A DNA stretch of 64,000 nt, taken from assembly GCF_040219535.1 (NCBI RefSeq), contig NZ_JAVJSH010000002.1:16370-80369 (forward strand), written 5' to 3'. Positions 9,953 to 19,648 of this stretch are shown one piece after another. Both the position numbers and the translations under genes were made by a program. How positions within the stretch are numbered: the stretch's first letter is position 1; each line of letters begins with the position of its first letter. The notes beneath the pieces are model-generated. The model did no database searches and was not told the DNA's origin. It saw nothing but the letters and a program-made list of their open reading frames with translations. This stretch comes from Botrimarina sp. GTDB taxonomy: Bacteria; Planctomycetota; Planctomycetia; Pirellulales; Lacipirellulaceae.

Positions 9953-10675
9953 TCACGCGAGCGGCAGGCTCATGACGACGCGGACGCCGCCCTCGGGTCG
10001 GTTCTCTAGCAGCACGTCGCCGCCGTGCAGGGTGACGATCCGCCAGCATTTGGTGAGACCAAAGCCAAGCCCGCGCCCGGCCTCGCGCCCGCTGAAGAAC
10101 GGATCGAACACGTGCGGGAGCACCTCGTCCGGCACGCCCTGCCCGTCGTCCTCGACGGTTATCAGCCCGGCGTCGCCCGTCGCGCAGACACGAACCAGCA
10201 CGGCGCCCTCGCCCTCGGTCGCGTCGAGCGAGTTCTGAACGACCGCGCGCAACGCGACGATCAGCTGATCCCGGTCCGCCCACGCGGGCGCGGGGGTCGA
10301 ATCCTCCGTGACCTCGAGCAGCACGCCCCTCTCGTCGGCGAGCGGCCCCTGCCCTTCGACGACGCTCCGGGCCACCTCCAGCAAGTCGATCGCCTGCCGC
10401 TGCGGCTCGGGCGGGCGGGCGAACAGCATCAGGTCGGAGATCATCTCGTGGGCGCGCATCGCGGCGCGGTGCATCGCCTCGAGGGCCTTCCGCTTGTCGG
10501 GGTCGTCCTCGCGCTTCAGCAGCGTTTGGGCGCGCAGCGCGATGTTGGCCAGCGGGTTGTTGATCTCGTGGCTCGCCCCGTACGCGAGCTCCTTCATCGC
10601 GTCGAGCTTCGCGTCCCGCAGACGCTGCTCGAACCAGCGCCGCAGCTCGTCGGAGATCGGCTCGGGGGGGCTCAC
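9953..10675 (-). CDS. soluble sensor histidine kinase (HisKA + HATPase_c only)
   Basis: The H-box is ASHEINNPLANI. The ATPase boxes are DDGQGVPDE and GRGLGFGLTKC. There is no TM segment and no obvious sensor domain. Confidence 0.85.
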   Translation of the reverse strand: MSPPEPISDELRRWFEQRLRDAKLDAMKELAYGASHEINNPLANIALRAQTLLKREDDPDKRKALEAMHRAAMRAHEMISDLMLFARPPEPQRQAIDLLEVARSVVEGQGPLADERGVLLEVTEDSTPAPAWADRDQLIVALRAVVQNSLDATEGEGAVLVRVCATGDAGLITVEDDGQGVPDEVLPHVFDPFFSGREAGRGLGFGLTKCWRIVTLHGGDVLLENRPEGGVRVVMSLPLA

Positions 10676-10691
10676 GGCGACCTGCGAGGCC

Positions 10692-11273
10692 TCACCCGGC
10701 GGAGGCCGCTTCGACGTCGAGCAACTGGCAGACTCGCTGCATCAGCGTGTCGACGTCGAACGGCTTCTTCAGGAACTCGTCTGCGCCGGCGTTGCGCAGC
10801 TGCTGGATGCGGTCCTCTTCGACCATGCCGCTGATGCAGACGATCTTGACGTCGTCCATGGTCTTGTCGCCGCGGACGAGCTTGCAGACCTCCATCCCGT
10901 TGATGTCGGGCAGCATGACGTCGAGCACCACCAGGTCGGGCCGGAACTCCTTGATCATCATCCCGGCCTCGAAGCCGTTGTTGACGCTCCGTACCTCGAA
11001 CCGGCCGTCACGCTCGAAGTGATCGACCAACAAATCGACGAGGTCGACGTCGTCGTCGACGATCAGCAGCTTCCTCCGACCGCTGTCCAGCGCGTCGGTC
11101 GGGATGCCGTTGTCACGCATGAACGTGTACAGCTGATCGCGCGGTATCCGCCGGAAGCGGCTGCCGGGCACGCGGAAGCCCTTGAGCTGCCCCGAGTCGA
11201 AGCAGCGGATGATGGTCTGCTGGCTGACCTTGCAGATCTTCGCCGCTTCGCCAGTAGTGAAAACTGTCTTCAT
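10692..11273 (-). CDS. response regulator with N-terminal excisionase/MerR-type HTH and C-terminal receiver
   Basis: The start MKTVFTTGEAAKICKVSQQTIIRCFDSG is an HTH. The receiver is LLIVDDD..DLVVLDVMLPDINGMEV..KP. The ATG at 11273 lies inside ORF 10692..11519. Confidence 0.8.
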   Translation of the reverse strand: MKTVFTTGEAAKICKVSQQTIIRCFDSGQLKGFRVPGSRFRRIPRDQLYTFMRDNGIPTDALDSGRRKLLIVDDDVDLVDLLVDHFERDGRFEVRSVNNGFEAGMMIKEFRPDLVVLDVMLPDINGMEVCKLVRGDKTMDDVKIVCISGMVEEDRIQQLRNAGADEFLKKPFDVDTLMQRVCQLLDVEAASAG

Positions 11274-11655
11274 GGACGAACCACCCCCGGTCCTTGGTTG
11301 ATGCCCTGTCCGTGTGTGTTGGCTGTGGCTTTCGTGGTCGTGGTCTGTCGAGATGGGCTCGGCGTCGGGCCTCGCGGGCGCCGCCGTGCTCGTCGCCGCG
11401 GCCAACGAACGGGTAGCTTTGCAGACTCGCTCGACCGTGCAAACGTCATTCGCAACGCAAACCACACCCGTGCCGCAGATCGCTAGCCCCGCCGCGTTCG
11501 CCGGCCTTACCCGGATCACCCCGACCGCCGGATTATACGGCGGCGCCGGGCGCCGTCAACATCGCTCCACTCGCCGCAAACCAATGCTGCGAAACAACTT
11601 ACTCAAGGATAACGGCGGGTCGGGGGTCGGACTCCGCCTGGCGATAGCGAGCTCC

Positions 11656-13563
11656 TCACGCGCGGGGTCCGCTACTCGCTGGCCGTTTCGGCGTGTCGAG
11701 GTACGCCATCAGCAGTGCGATATCCGACGGTGTAACGCCGCTGATGCGGCTTGCTTGAGCCAAGTCGACCGGCTGCACACGCGACAGTTTCTCGCGTGCT
11801 TCGTGCCGCAGATGCACCAGCCGGTGGTAATCGAAGTCGGCGGGAACCCGCTTGTCCGCCAGCCGCCGTTGGCGATCGACTTCCGTCTGCTGCCGAGCGA
11901 TGTAGCCGGCGTACTTCACGTCGATGACGGCCTGCTCCGCAGCCGCCAAGGGCGTCGACGCGAGGAGCGAAGCCGCCTCCGGCGGCGCCAGCGCTAGCAC
12001 GGCGGACCAGTCGACCTCGGGACGCCGGAGGTGCTCCGCCAGCGAACGCCCGCCCGCGCGGGTCGTTTGCAGCAGCGCGGCGACGCGGCCCATCTCGCCC
12101 AGTTTCTCCCGCAGCCGCTCGGACCGTTCCGCACCGACCAGCCCGCACCGCTCACCGACGGGGGTGAGCCGCCGGTCCGCGTTGTCCTGCCGGAGCAGCA
12201 GGCGGTATTCGGCGCGGCTGGTGAACATGCGGTACGGCTCGTCGACGCCGCAGGTCACCAGGTCGTCGATCAGCACGCCGAGGTACGCCTCGTCGCGCGA
12301 GAGAACGAGCGGCTCCCGGTCCGCCACGGCCAGCGCCGCGTTGGCGCCCGCCAGCAGGCCCTGGCCTCCGGCTTCCTCGTAGCCGGTCGTGCCGTTGATC
12401 TGCCCGGCGAAGTAAAGGCCTTCGACCGACTTGGTCTCGAGCGTCGGCCTGAGCTGGTCGGGCGGCGCATAGTCGTACTCGACCGCGTAACCGTACCGCA
12501 TGATCTCGGCGCGCTCGCAGCCGGGCACGTGGCGGAACAGCTCGTCTTGCACGTCGCGGGGCAGGCTGGTCGACACGCCGTTGACGTACACCTCCAGCGT
12601 GTTGCGCCCCTCGGGCTCGAGGAACAGCTGGTGCCGCTCTTTGTCTGCGAAGCGGACGACCTTGTCTTCGATCGACGGGCAGTACCGCGGGCCGCTGGTG
12701 GTGATCTGCCCGCTGTACATCGGCGCGCGGTGCAGGTTCTTCCGGATCAGCTCGTGCGCCGCGGGGCTCGTGTAGGTGATGTGGCAGGGGAGCTGCGTCT
12801 GGGGGATGCTGTTGGTGAGGAACGAGAAGGGCTGCGGGGTGTCGTCGCCCGGTTGCGGCTCGCACGCGTCGAAGTCGATCGTGCGCGCGTTCAGACGCGG
12901 CGGGGTGCCGGTCTTGAACCGCTCGAGCCGGAAGCCCAGGCGCTGCAGCGAACCGCTGATGCCGGCCGACGCCCCCTCGCCGGCCCTGCCGCCGGCGGTC
13001 TGGACCTCGCCCGTGTGCATCAGGGCCTGCAAGAACGTCCCGGTGGTCAGCACCACCGCCCGCGCGCGGTAGACCGCCCCGCCCCGCACCCTCACACCAA
13101 CGACGCGCGGACGAGCGGCGCTCGAAGGATCTTCCCCCGTCGCCCGCCCCTGGTCGCCCGTCCGTCGTTCGACCGAGAGCTCTTCGACCGCCTCCTGCCG
13201 CAGGGAGAGGCCCGGCTGCTCTTCGACGATCCGCTTGATCTCGGCCTGGTACGCCCGCTTGTCGGCCTGAGCGCGGGGGCTGTGCATGGCCGGGCCCTTG
13301 CGGAGGTTGAGCATCCTGAACTGGATGCCGGCCGCGTCGATCGCCCGCCCCATGGCGCCGCCGAGCGCGTCGATCTCGCGGACGATCTGCCCCTTGCCGA
13401 CGCCGCCGATGGCCGGGTTGCAGCTCATCTGCCCGACGGTGTCCAGATTGGTGGTCAACAGCGCCGTGCGCGCGCCGATCCGCGCCGCGGCGAGCGCGGC
13501 CTCGGTCCCCGCGTGGCCGGCGCCGATGACGAGCACGTCGTAGTCGTAAGTCGCCGTGTTCAT
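11656..13563 (-). CDS. mnmG: tRNA uridine 5-carboxymethylaminomethyl modification enzyme MnmG (GidA)
   Basis: The FAD-binding N-terminus is YDVLVIGAGHAGTEAA. GidA core motifs are MSCNPAIGG, GPRYCPSIEDK and AGQINGTTGYEEA. Confidence 0.95.
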   Translation of the reverse strand: MNTATYDYDVLVIGAGHAGTEAALAAARIGARTALLTTNLDTVGQMSCNPAIGGVGKGQIVREIDALGGAMGRAIDAAGIQFRMLNLRKGPAMHSPRAQADKRAYQAEIKRIVEEQPGLSLRQEAVEELSVERRTGDQGRATGEDPSSAARPRVVGVRVRGGAVYRARAVVLTTGTFLQALMHTGEVQTAGGRAGEGASAGISGSLQRLGFRLERFKTGTPPRLNARTIDFDACEPQPGDDTPQPFSFLTNSIPQTQLPCHITYTSPAAHELIRKNLHRAPMYSGQITTSGPRYCPSIEDKVVRFADKERHQLFLEPEGRNTLEVYVNGVSTSLPRDVQDELFRHVPGCERAEIMRYGYAVEYDYAPPDQLRPTLETKSVEGLYFAGQINGTTGYEEAGGQGLLAGANAALAVADREPLVLSRDEAYLGVLIDDLVTCGVDEPYRMFTSRAEYRLLLRQDNADRRLTPVGERCGLVGAERSERLREKLGEMGRVAALLQTTRAGGRSLAEHLRRPEVDWSAVLALAPPEAASLLASTPLAAAEQAVIDVKYAGYIARQQTEVDRQRRLADKRVPADFDYHRLVHLRHEAREKLSRVQPVDLAQASRISGVTPSDIALLMAYLDTPKRPASSGPRA

Positions 13564-13637
13564 GTATGATGGGTGTACGCGTTTCGACCGTTGCAGCAAT
13601 GCAACCGGGTAAGCACCACTCCCGGCTGAAGACTCGT

Positions 13638-14246
13638 ATGTCCGACCTCATCCCTCAGGGGCCGCCTGACTCCGCACTCCAGGTCTTTACGGCGCCAGAC
13701 GTTCTGGAGCGGGTCCATCGGATGTCGATCGACGAGTACCATCGCCTCGGCGAGTCGGGGATCATCGGTGAGCGAACGGAACTCATTCGGGGCGTGGTTG
13801 TCGACAAAATGAGCCAGTCGCCGCTCCATTGCTACATCGTACAGGTCCTTTTGCAATGGCTCGCTAGTGGCGTGGGTGACCACTGGACCGTCCGGCCGGG
13901 CCTCCCTGTGACGACAGCCGACTCGGAACCGAAGCCCGATGTCTGCGTCGTCGCTGGCGGTGCACACGACTACGTCGCGGGCCACCCAACAACCGCTGCG
14001 TTGGCGATCGAGGTGTCGATCTCATCCGAGCGGCTCGATCGCGAAAAAGCCGCTATCTACGCCGAAGCTGGAATCGACGAATACTGGATTGTCTTCGGGG
14101 AACGACAGAACGTCGAGGTGCACCGCGCGCCGGTTGCGGGCCGCTACACAGAGATTATCACGGTCCGGCTCGGTGAATCGATCGCACCGATGGCGTTCCC
14201 CCAATTGTCGATTCCAGTAGCTAGCCTCTTCCCGCCGGCCGCATGA
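13638..14246 (+). CDS. Uma2 family (DUF820) endonuclease
   Basis: The Uma2 pattern is present: TELIRGVVV..MSQSP.H, PKPDVCVV, LAIEVSISS and the tail KAAIYAEAGIDEYWIV. Confidence 0.75.
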   Translation: MSDLIPQGPPDSALQVFTAPDVLERVHRMSIDEYHRLGESGIIGERTELIRGVVVDKMSQSPLHCYIVQVLLQWLASGVGDHWTVRPGLPVTTADSEPKPDVCVVAGGAHDYVAGHPTTAALAIEVSISSERLDREKAAIYAEAGIDEYWIVFGERQNVEVHRAPVAGRYTEIITVRLGESIAPMAFPQLSIPVASLFPPAA

Positions 14247-14803
14247 CCCGCTGCCCCTGGGCCGAGGTCTCCGACCTCGACCGCCTGTACCACGACACCG
14301 AGTGGGGCGTGCCCGTGCGCGACGAGCACCGGTTGTTCGAGATGCTGACCCTCGAGGGCGCCCAAGCCGGGCTCTCGTGGAGCACCGTGCTCGCGAAGCG
14401 CGAGGGCTACCGGCGCGCGTTCGCCGGCTTCGACCCGGAAGCCGTCGCGCGGTTCACGGCCGCGCGGGTCGACCGCTTGGTCGCCGACAAGTCGATCATA
14501 CGCCACCGCGGGAAGATCGAGTCGACGGTCACCAACGCGCGGGCGGTGGTCGCCCTCTACGAGGCCGGCGAGACGCTCGGCGCGAGGCTGTGGTCGTTCG
14601 TCGGCGATCGGCCGCGGACCAACCGCTGGCGGACGCTGGACGAAACCCCCTCGTCGACGCCCGAGAGCGAAGCGATGAGCCGCGAACTGAAGCGCCTGGG
14701 CTTCCGCTTTGTCGGCCCGACCACCTGCTACGCGTTGATGCAAGCTGCGGGCATGGTGAACGACCACCTGATCGGTTGCTTCCGCCACAAGCAAATGGGC
14801 TGA
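14243..14803 (+). CDS. tag: DNA-3-methyladenine glycosylase I
   Basis: RCPWA..YHDTEWGVP..LFEMLTLEGAQAGLSW matches the Tag family. The start overlaps the Uma2 stop (ATGA). Confidence 0.9.
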   Translation: MTRCPWAEVSDLDRLYHDTEWGVPVRDEHRLFEMLTLEGAQAGLSWSTVLAKREGYRRAFAGFDPEAVARFTAARVDRLVADKSIIRHRGKIESTVTNARAVVALYEAGETLGARLWSFVGDRPRTNRWRTLDETPSSTPESEAMSRELKRLGFRFVGPTTCYALMQAAGMVNDHLIGCFRHKQMG

Positions 14804-14823
14804 TGGCTAGCCGCGGCCGTTCG

Positions 14824-16065
14824 TTAGCGCCGGTACTCCAGGCCGCCGAACCAGCCGTGGAGGAACAGGTCGTCCTCTTGCGGGGTGACGGGCGGCGGGG
14901 CGACCCACAGCGCGTCGGCCAGCTCGACGCCGTTGAAGTAGATCACCTGGTAGCCGCCCCGGAGGGCGAGCGACTCGTTGAGCTGCCACACGCCCGCCAC
15001 GGCCGCCTCGGTCACCAGGGCGACACGCGTGCCGTCGGTCGAGGCCTTCGAGCCGGCGGTGAGGGAGTTGACCGTGGTGTCGATCGTCTCGACCGGCGTC
15101 GTGCCGCCCGTGGGGATCGTGCTGACCCGTTCCTTCGTCGTGACGGTTGTCCTTTCTTCGAAGACGTGGTCGCGGTCGACGATGTTGCAGTACAGCCCCC
15201 CGGACACGAAGCCGTTGACATGGAACCGCCGCGTCGGCCGCCACATGTCGAGCCGCACGCCCCCCTGGAAGCCGATCAGGTTGTTCTCGATGGACACGCC
15301 GCGGCGGGTTTGGGAGGTCGCCGACGAGAGCGTGTCGCCGACGTCCAGGGGGTCGCCGAGGATGACCGTCGTGAACTGGCGATTGAAGTCGCTGATCGAC
15401 TCGTCGAGCGACAGGTACCGCACGCCCGCGAAAGGCTTCAGGTAGCCGGGCGTGACGCATTGGAAGTTCACTTCCAGAGCGTGCAGCGTTGATTCGTATT
15501 CGAGCAGGCGGCGTTGCAGGATGTCGATGTCGCTCAGCGGCAGGTCGATCGCCGCGATGGTCTCCAGCTCGTAGAGCGCCTCGGCGAGCCACTTCTCCGC
15601 GCCGACGTAGCCGACCTGCAACTCGTAACCCTCGAATTGAGGGTACTGGCTGGAAGCCAGCAGCCGAACGCCCGCCGCGTGGTCGAAGTTGCTGCGGAAC
15701 TCCAACGGGGGCAAGGTGGTCGCCGGCGGGATGGGCTCGACCTCGGCGAGGATCGCGTCGAAGTCGACGGCGTCGCGGAACAGCACCAAGCCGTCGGCCG
15801 TGACCCGCCACCGCGGCCCGACCAACCAGTTGTCGCGGAGGCCCGGTCCCGTGCGGAACGGCGAACCCCCGACCGGTCCACCGCCGGCGGCCGAAGCCGC
15901 AGCGAGCTGCTCAGAGAACGTGCCGTTGGGGTAAGCGGCCGACGCCTCAAGAGGCACGAGCGTCGGCGACGCGACTTCCTGGGCGGCCGACAGCGCCGCG
16001 CAGCTCGCCGCCAGCAACGCCGGCAGAGCGAACCGCCAACCGATCTTGCCAAGCCCGCTGGGCAT
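14824..16065 (-). CDS. putative outer-membrane beta-barrel protein (BBP7-like) with signal peptide
   Basis: The signal peptide is MPSGLGKIGWRFALPALLAASCAALSAAQE. The rest has an alternating beta-strand-like composition rich in G/Y/F/N. The family call is tentative. Confidence 0.5.
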   Translation of the reverse strand: MPSGLGKIGWRFALPALLAASCAALSAAQEVASPTLVPLEASAAYPNGTFSEQLAAASAAGGGPVGGSPFRTGPGLRDNWLVGPRWRVTADGLVLFRDAVDFDAILAEVEPIPPATTLPPLEFRSNFDHAAGVRLLASSQYPQFEGYELQVGYVGAEKWLAEALYELETIAAIDLPLSDIDILQRRLLEYESTLHALEVNFQCVTPGYLKPFAGVRYLSLDESISDFNRQFTTVILGDPLDVGDTLSSATSQTRRGVSIENNLIGFQGGVRLDMWRPTRRFHVNGFVSGGLYCNIVDRDHVFEERTTVTTKERVSTIPTGGTTPVETIDTTVNSLTAGSKASTDGTRVALVTEAAVAGVWQLNESLALRGGYQVIYFNGVELADALWVAPPPVTPQEDDLFLHGWFGGLEYRR

Positions 16066-16219
16066 GCGTCGCTCCCCCGTCCGTTCCGGCGGCCGATTTA
16101 CCCGCTGACTTGCTGGGCGCAGGCCGTCCCCGGGTCTCGTATCGGTCGCCTCGGGGGCGGCACAGCACGCGTTTTCGGCAACAACGGCACAAGCCGCAGA
16201 ACCCGCCTGCCCGGCAGGG

Positions 16220-17281
16220 TCAGACAGTCGCAAGCAAGGCCAGCAGCTCGTCGTTCTGTTCGGGCGTGCCGACCGAGATCCGCAAGCCGTCCTCGCCACC
16301 CGCCCAGCCGGGGTGGTGGATATAGCGGACCAGCACGCCCTTGTCGCGGAGCCGCTGGTAGATCGCCGGGTGCTCGCCCGATGGGTGGGTCGCCCAAACG
16401 AAGTTCGCGTGCGAGGGGGTCGGTTGGTAGCCGGCCTCGGCGAGGCCGTCGGCCAGCCGCGTCCGCTCCGCCACGACCCTCGCCACGTTCTCCGCGAGCC
16501 AAGCCTGGTCGCCGATCGCTGCCGTCGCGCCGGCGATCGCCAGCGCGTCGCAGTTGTAGCTGTCTTTGACCTTGGCGAGCTGCTCGATCACTTGCGGCTG
16601 GGCGACCACGTAGCCGAACCGGAGCCCGGCGAGCGCGTAGCTCTTGCTGAGCGACCGGCTGACCAGCACCCGCTCGTTGGTCCGAACCAGGTCCAGGCAG
16701 TTGCTCGGCGCAAAGTCCGCGTAGGCCTCGTCGACCAACAGCGGGAACGGGGCCGCGTCGGCGATCGCGGCCACCTCGCCCGGGGCCAGGTGCGTGCCCG
16801 ACGGGCTGTTCGGGTTGGCCAAGTAGGCCAATCGGACGTCGGCCGCGGGGGCGGTGAACCCGTAGCCGAGCGTCCAGTCGGCCTCATAAGGCACAACGTC
16901 ACACCGCGCGCCCTGGATCTCCGCCAGCGTGCGGTACAGCACGTACGACGGCCTCGGGTACCGCACCGCCTGGCCTTGGCCGACGAACGCGCGGGTGACA
17001 ATCGTGAGGATGTCGTCGCTGCCGTTGCCGCAGAGGATCCAGTCGGGGGTGATCTCCGGGTTGTCCTCGCGCAGCACCTCCGCCGCCCGCTCGCGGAACG
17101 CACTGGCGGTCGGGTCCGGGTAACGCCGCAGCGAGTCGGCCGAGGCCGCGCGGATCGCCTCGAGCACCTTTGGCGAGGGCGGGTAGGGGTTCTCGTTGGT
17201 GTTGAGCTTAACGAGCTTCGTCCCCTTCGGCTGCTCGCCGGGGACGTAGCCCGTCATCTGCTCGATCGCTTCGCGGAACAT
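16220..17281 (-). CDS. hisC: histidinol-phosphate aminotransferase
   Basis: A class-II aminotransferase pattern is present (KLNTNENPYPPSP, SRSLSKSYALAGLRFGY). The start is set at MFREAIEQM. Confidence 0.9.
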   Translation of the reverse strand: MFREAIEQMTGYVPGEQPKGTKLVKLNTNENPYPPSPKVLEAIRAASADSLRRYPDPTASAFRERAAEVLREDNPEITPDWILCGNGSDDILTIVTRAFVGQGQAVRYPRPSYVLYRTLAEIQGARCDVVPYEADWTLGYGFTAPAADVRLAYLANPNSPSGTHLAPGEVAAIADAAPFPLLVDEAYADFAPSNCLDLVRTNERVLVSRSLSKSYALAGLRFGYVVAQPQVIEQLAKVKDSYNCDALAIAGATAAIGDQAWLAENVARVVAERTRLADGLAEAGYQPTPSHANFVWATHPSGEHPAIYQRLRDKGVLVRYIHHPGWAGGEDGLRISVGTPEQNDELLALLATV

Positions 17282-17288
17282 GCTTTTT

Positions 17289-17526
17289 GGAACCACAGAT
17301 AAACGCAGATACCCACAGACGATCGCGCGGCCGGGCGAGCCCACAGCATTCAATATTGAGCCGGCCGAGAGCCTCTTCGGTTAAGTCTTGCTCACTGCAA
17401 GCCAGGGTAGCTACTCCCTAGGCCAACCTCGGTTTCCTGTCGTACTCTCTCGAGCGGGCCTCGCCAGAACACAACGTCTCGCCGACCCGCCTCGATCCGT
17501 GTTTATCCGTGTCCATCCGTGGTTCC
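17289..17526. repeat. imperfect inverted repeat (arms 17289-17324 and 17494-17526) with about 10-nt internal periodicity (CACAGAT / CACGGAT units) bracketing the hisD-hisC spacer
   Basis: Read directly. The left arm is GGAACCACAGATAAACGCAGATACCCACAGACGATC. The reverse complement of the right arm is GGAACCACGGATGGACACGGATAAACACGGATC. About 24 of 31 positions are identical. Confidence 0.6.
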
Positions 17527-18909
17527 TTTAGCACCCCGGATCGTGACCGCCCGCGCGTGGCCGGTGAGGCCCTCCACGGTGGCGAGGCGCACGATGTCGT
17601 CCCGCTCGGCGGCGAGCGTGTCGGCCGTGAATGCGATCACGCTGTTGGATCGCAGGAAGTCGTTGCTCGAGAGGCCGTTGGCGAACCGCGCGGTCGCGCC
17701 GGTCGGCAGCACGTGCGACGGGCCCGCCGCGTAGTCGCCCACCGGCACCGGGCTGTGGGGCCCCAGGAACACCGCGCCCGCGCAACGAACCCGGCCGAGC
17801 ATCTCCTCCGGGTCGCTGCACGCCAGGTGCAGGTGCTCGGTGGCCAGCTCGTCGCACAACCGAGCGGCGTGCTCCCGCCCCTCGACGGTGATGAGCGCGC
17901 CGAAGGCCTCCAGCGAGTGCCGCGTCAGCTCGCTGCGGTCTAGCTCGGCGAGTTGCTCCTGGAGTTGCTCGGCGACCCGCTCGACCAGCGGCTCGTGCCA
18001 TGTGATCAGAACCGCCGAGCCGGGCGAGTGCTCCGCCTGGGCGATGAGGTCTGCGGCTACGTATTCGGGAGGGGTCGTCTCGTCGGCGACGACGATCACC
18101 TCGCTGGGGCCGGCGATCGAGTCGATGCCCGCCTCGCCGAACACGCGACGCTTCGCCAACGCGACGAACAGGTTCCCGGGCCCGACGATCTTGTCGACAC
18201 GCGGCACGCCCTCGCAGCCGTACGCGAGCGCCGCCACGGCCTGGGCGCCCCCCATGCGGTAAACCTCGGTCACGCCCAGCTCGTGGCACACCGCGAGCAA
18301 GTCCGCGTTGTAGCTGCCGTACGCGGTCGGCGGCGCCACCACGGCCAGCTCCTTCACGCCGGCTGCCTGCGCCGGAACAGCGGTCATCAGCAGCGTCGAC
18401 GGGTAAGCCGCCGCGCCGCCGGGGACGCACAAGCCGGCCCGCTCCAGCGGCAGGTACCGCTGCCGCAGGTAGCCCCCGCCGGGGATCTCGACGCGGACGT
18501 CCTTGTGGAGGATGGCCGTTTGGAACCGCATGAGGTTGTCGCGGACGCGGCGAACCGTCGCGAGCAACTCCGGGTCGGCTCCGGCGTGGGCCTCCGCAAG
18601 CTCCTCCGGCTTCACACGCAGCGAGTCAGCGGACATCCGGGCGCCGTCGAGCTTGGCCGTGTACTCCAGCACCGCTCCGAGGCCGCGCGAGCGCACGTCG
18701 TCGCAGATCCGGTCGACCACCTCGACCGGCGAGAGGGGCTCGCCGAAGACCTCCATCGTCTTGCGCCGCCCGGCCTCGGAAACGACATTCCCGTCCGGCG
18801 CGAGGTTGCGGCGCAGCCGCTCGATCGCCGCCGCGGAGTCGGGCCGCCGCGCGTCGATCCGCGGGATCGCGACGCCGGCAGTGGGGGCAGGACTTTCCAT
18901 AACGGCCAA
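17503..18909 (-). CDS. hisD: histidinol dehydrogenase
   Basis: HisD motifs are present (GGAQAVAALAYG, VDKIVGPGNLFVALAK, DSIAGPSEV, AEHSPGS). The exact start is uncertain. Confidence 0.9.
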   Translation of the reverse strand: MAVMESPAPTAGVAIPRIDARRPDSAAAIERLRRNLAPDGNVVSEAGRRKTMEVFGEPLSPVEVVDRICDDVRSRGLGAVLEYTAKLDGARMSADSLRVKPEELAEAHAGADPELLATVRRVRDNLMRFQTAILHKDVRVEIPGGGYLRQRYLPLERAGLCVPGGAAAYPSTLLMTAVPAQAAGVKELAVVAPPTAYGSYNADLLAVCHELGVTEVYRMGGAQAVAALAYGCEGVPRVDKIVGPGNLFVALAKRRVFGEAGIDSIAGPSEVIVVADETTPPEYVAADLIAQAEHSPGSAVLITWHEPLVERVAEQLQEQLAELDRSELTRHSLEAFGALITVEGREHAARLCDELATEHLHLACSDPEEMLGRVRCAGAVFLGPHSPVPVGDYAAGPSHVLPTGATARFANGLSSNDFLRSNSVIAFTADTLAAERDDIVRLATVEGLTGHARAVTIRGAKGTTDGHG

Positions 18910-19062
18910 GGTAACCTCACGTCGCGGCGGGCCCCAGTGCCGCTGGCGACGCCCCCCCGGGCGTGACCCGGCTTACACAACCGGCCGAGCGTCGCGTGCG
19001 TAACTCCGGGATCCGGGGTAGGCTGCGGCTGCCCACTGCCCAGACACGCCAGGAGCCCAGCG

Positions 19063-19635
19063 ATGTTCACCCGCCCGACACGCGCCGCCGCCGCGATCTC
19101 CCTGTCGCTCGCAGCCACTCTCGCCGCGGCCCAAGACACGGCGGCGCCGTCCGGCGCCATCCGAGTCGGCGACGACGCGCCCGCCGTCGAGCTTCCGACG
19201 CTGGGAGGGGGCCAGATCGATCTGGGCGAGGCCTTCTCTCAGGGCAAGACGGTCTTGGTCGTCCTCCGCGGCTTCCCGGGCTACCAGTGCCCGCTGTGCT
19301 CTCGGCAGGTCGGCGACTTCGTTGATTCGGCCGACGCGTTCGAGGAAGCCGGCGTCCGCGTCGTGATGGTCTACCCGGGCGCCGAAGGGCAGCTCGCCAC
19401 GAAAGCCGAGGAGTTCATGGCCGGCCGCGCTCTGCCAGAGGGGTTCACCCTGGCGCTTGATCCGGGCTACGACTTCACCGACGCTTACGGCCTCCGCTGG
19501 GACGCGCCGCGCGAGACCGCCTACCCTTCGACCTTCGTGATCGACAAAGGCGGCCGCGTCGCGTGGGCGAAGATCAGCAAGACCCACGGCGGCCGCGTCT
19601 CGGCCCAGGAGGCGTTGGCCGCGGCCAAGGATTGA
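19063..19635 (+). CDS. secreted AhpC/TSA-family peroxiredoxin / redoxin
   Basis: A signal peptide is present, then a thioredoxin-fold pattern VLVVLRGFPGYQCPLCSRQ with a CxxC motif. Confidence 0.7.
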   Translation: MFTRPTRAAAAISLSLAATLAAAQDTAAPSGAIRVGDDAPAVELPTLGGGQIDLGEAFSQGKTVLVVLRGFPGYQCPLCSRQVGDFVDSADAFEEAGVRVVMVYPGAEGQLATKAEEFMAGRALPEGFTLALDPGYDFTDAYGLRWDAPRETAYPSTFVIDKGGRVAWAKISKTHGGRVSAQEALAAAKD

Positions 19636-19648
19636 GCGCCGGCCTCGC

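Noticed and set aside
18910-19062. His-rich leader peptide upstream of hisD
   Set aside because: There is no run of CAC/CAT codons and no terminator-like structure in the minus-strand upstream region.
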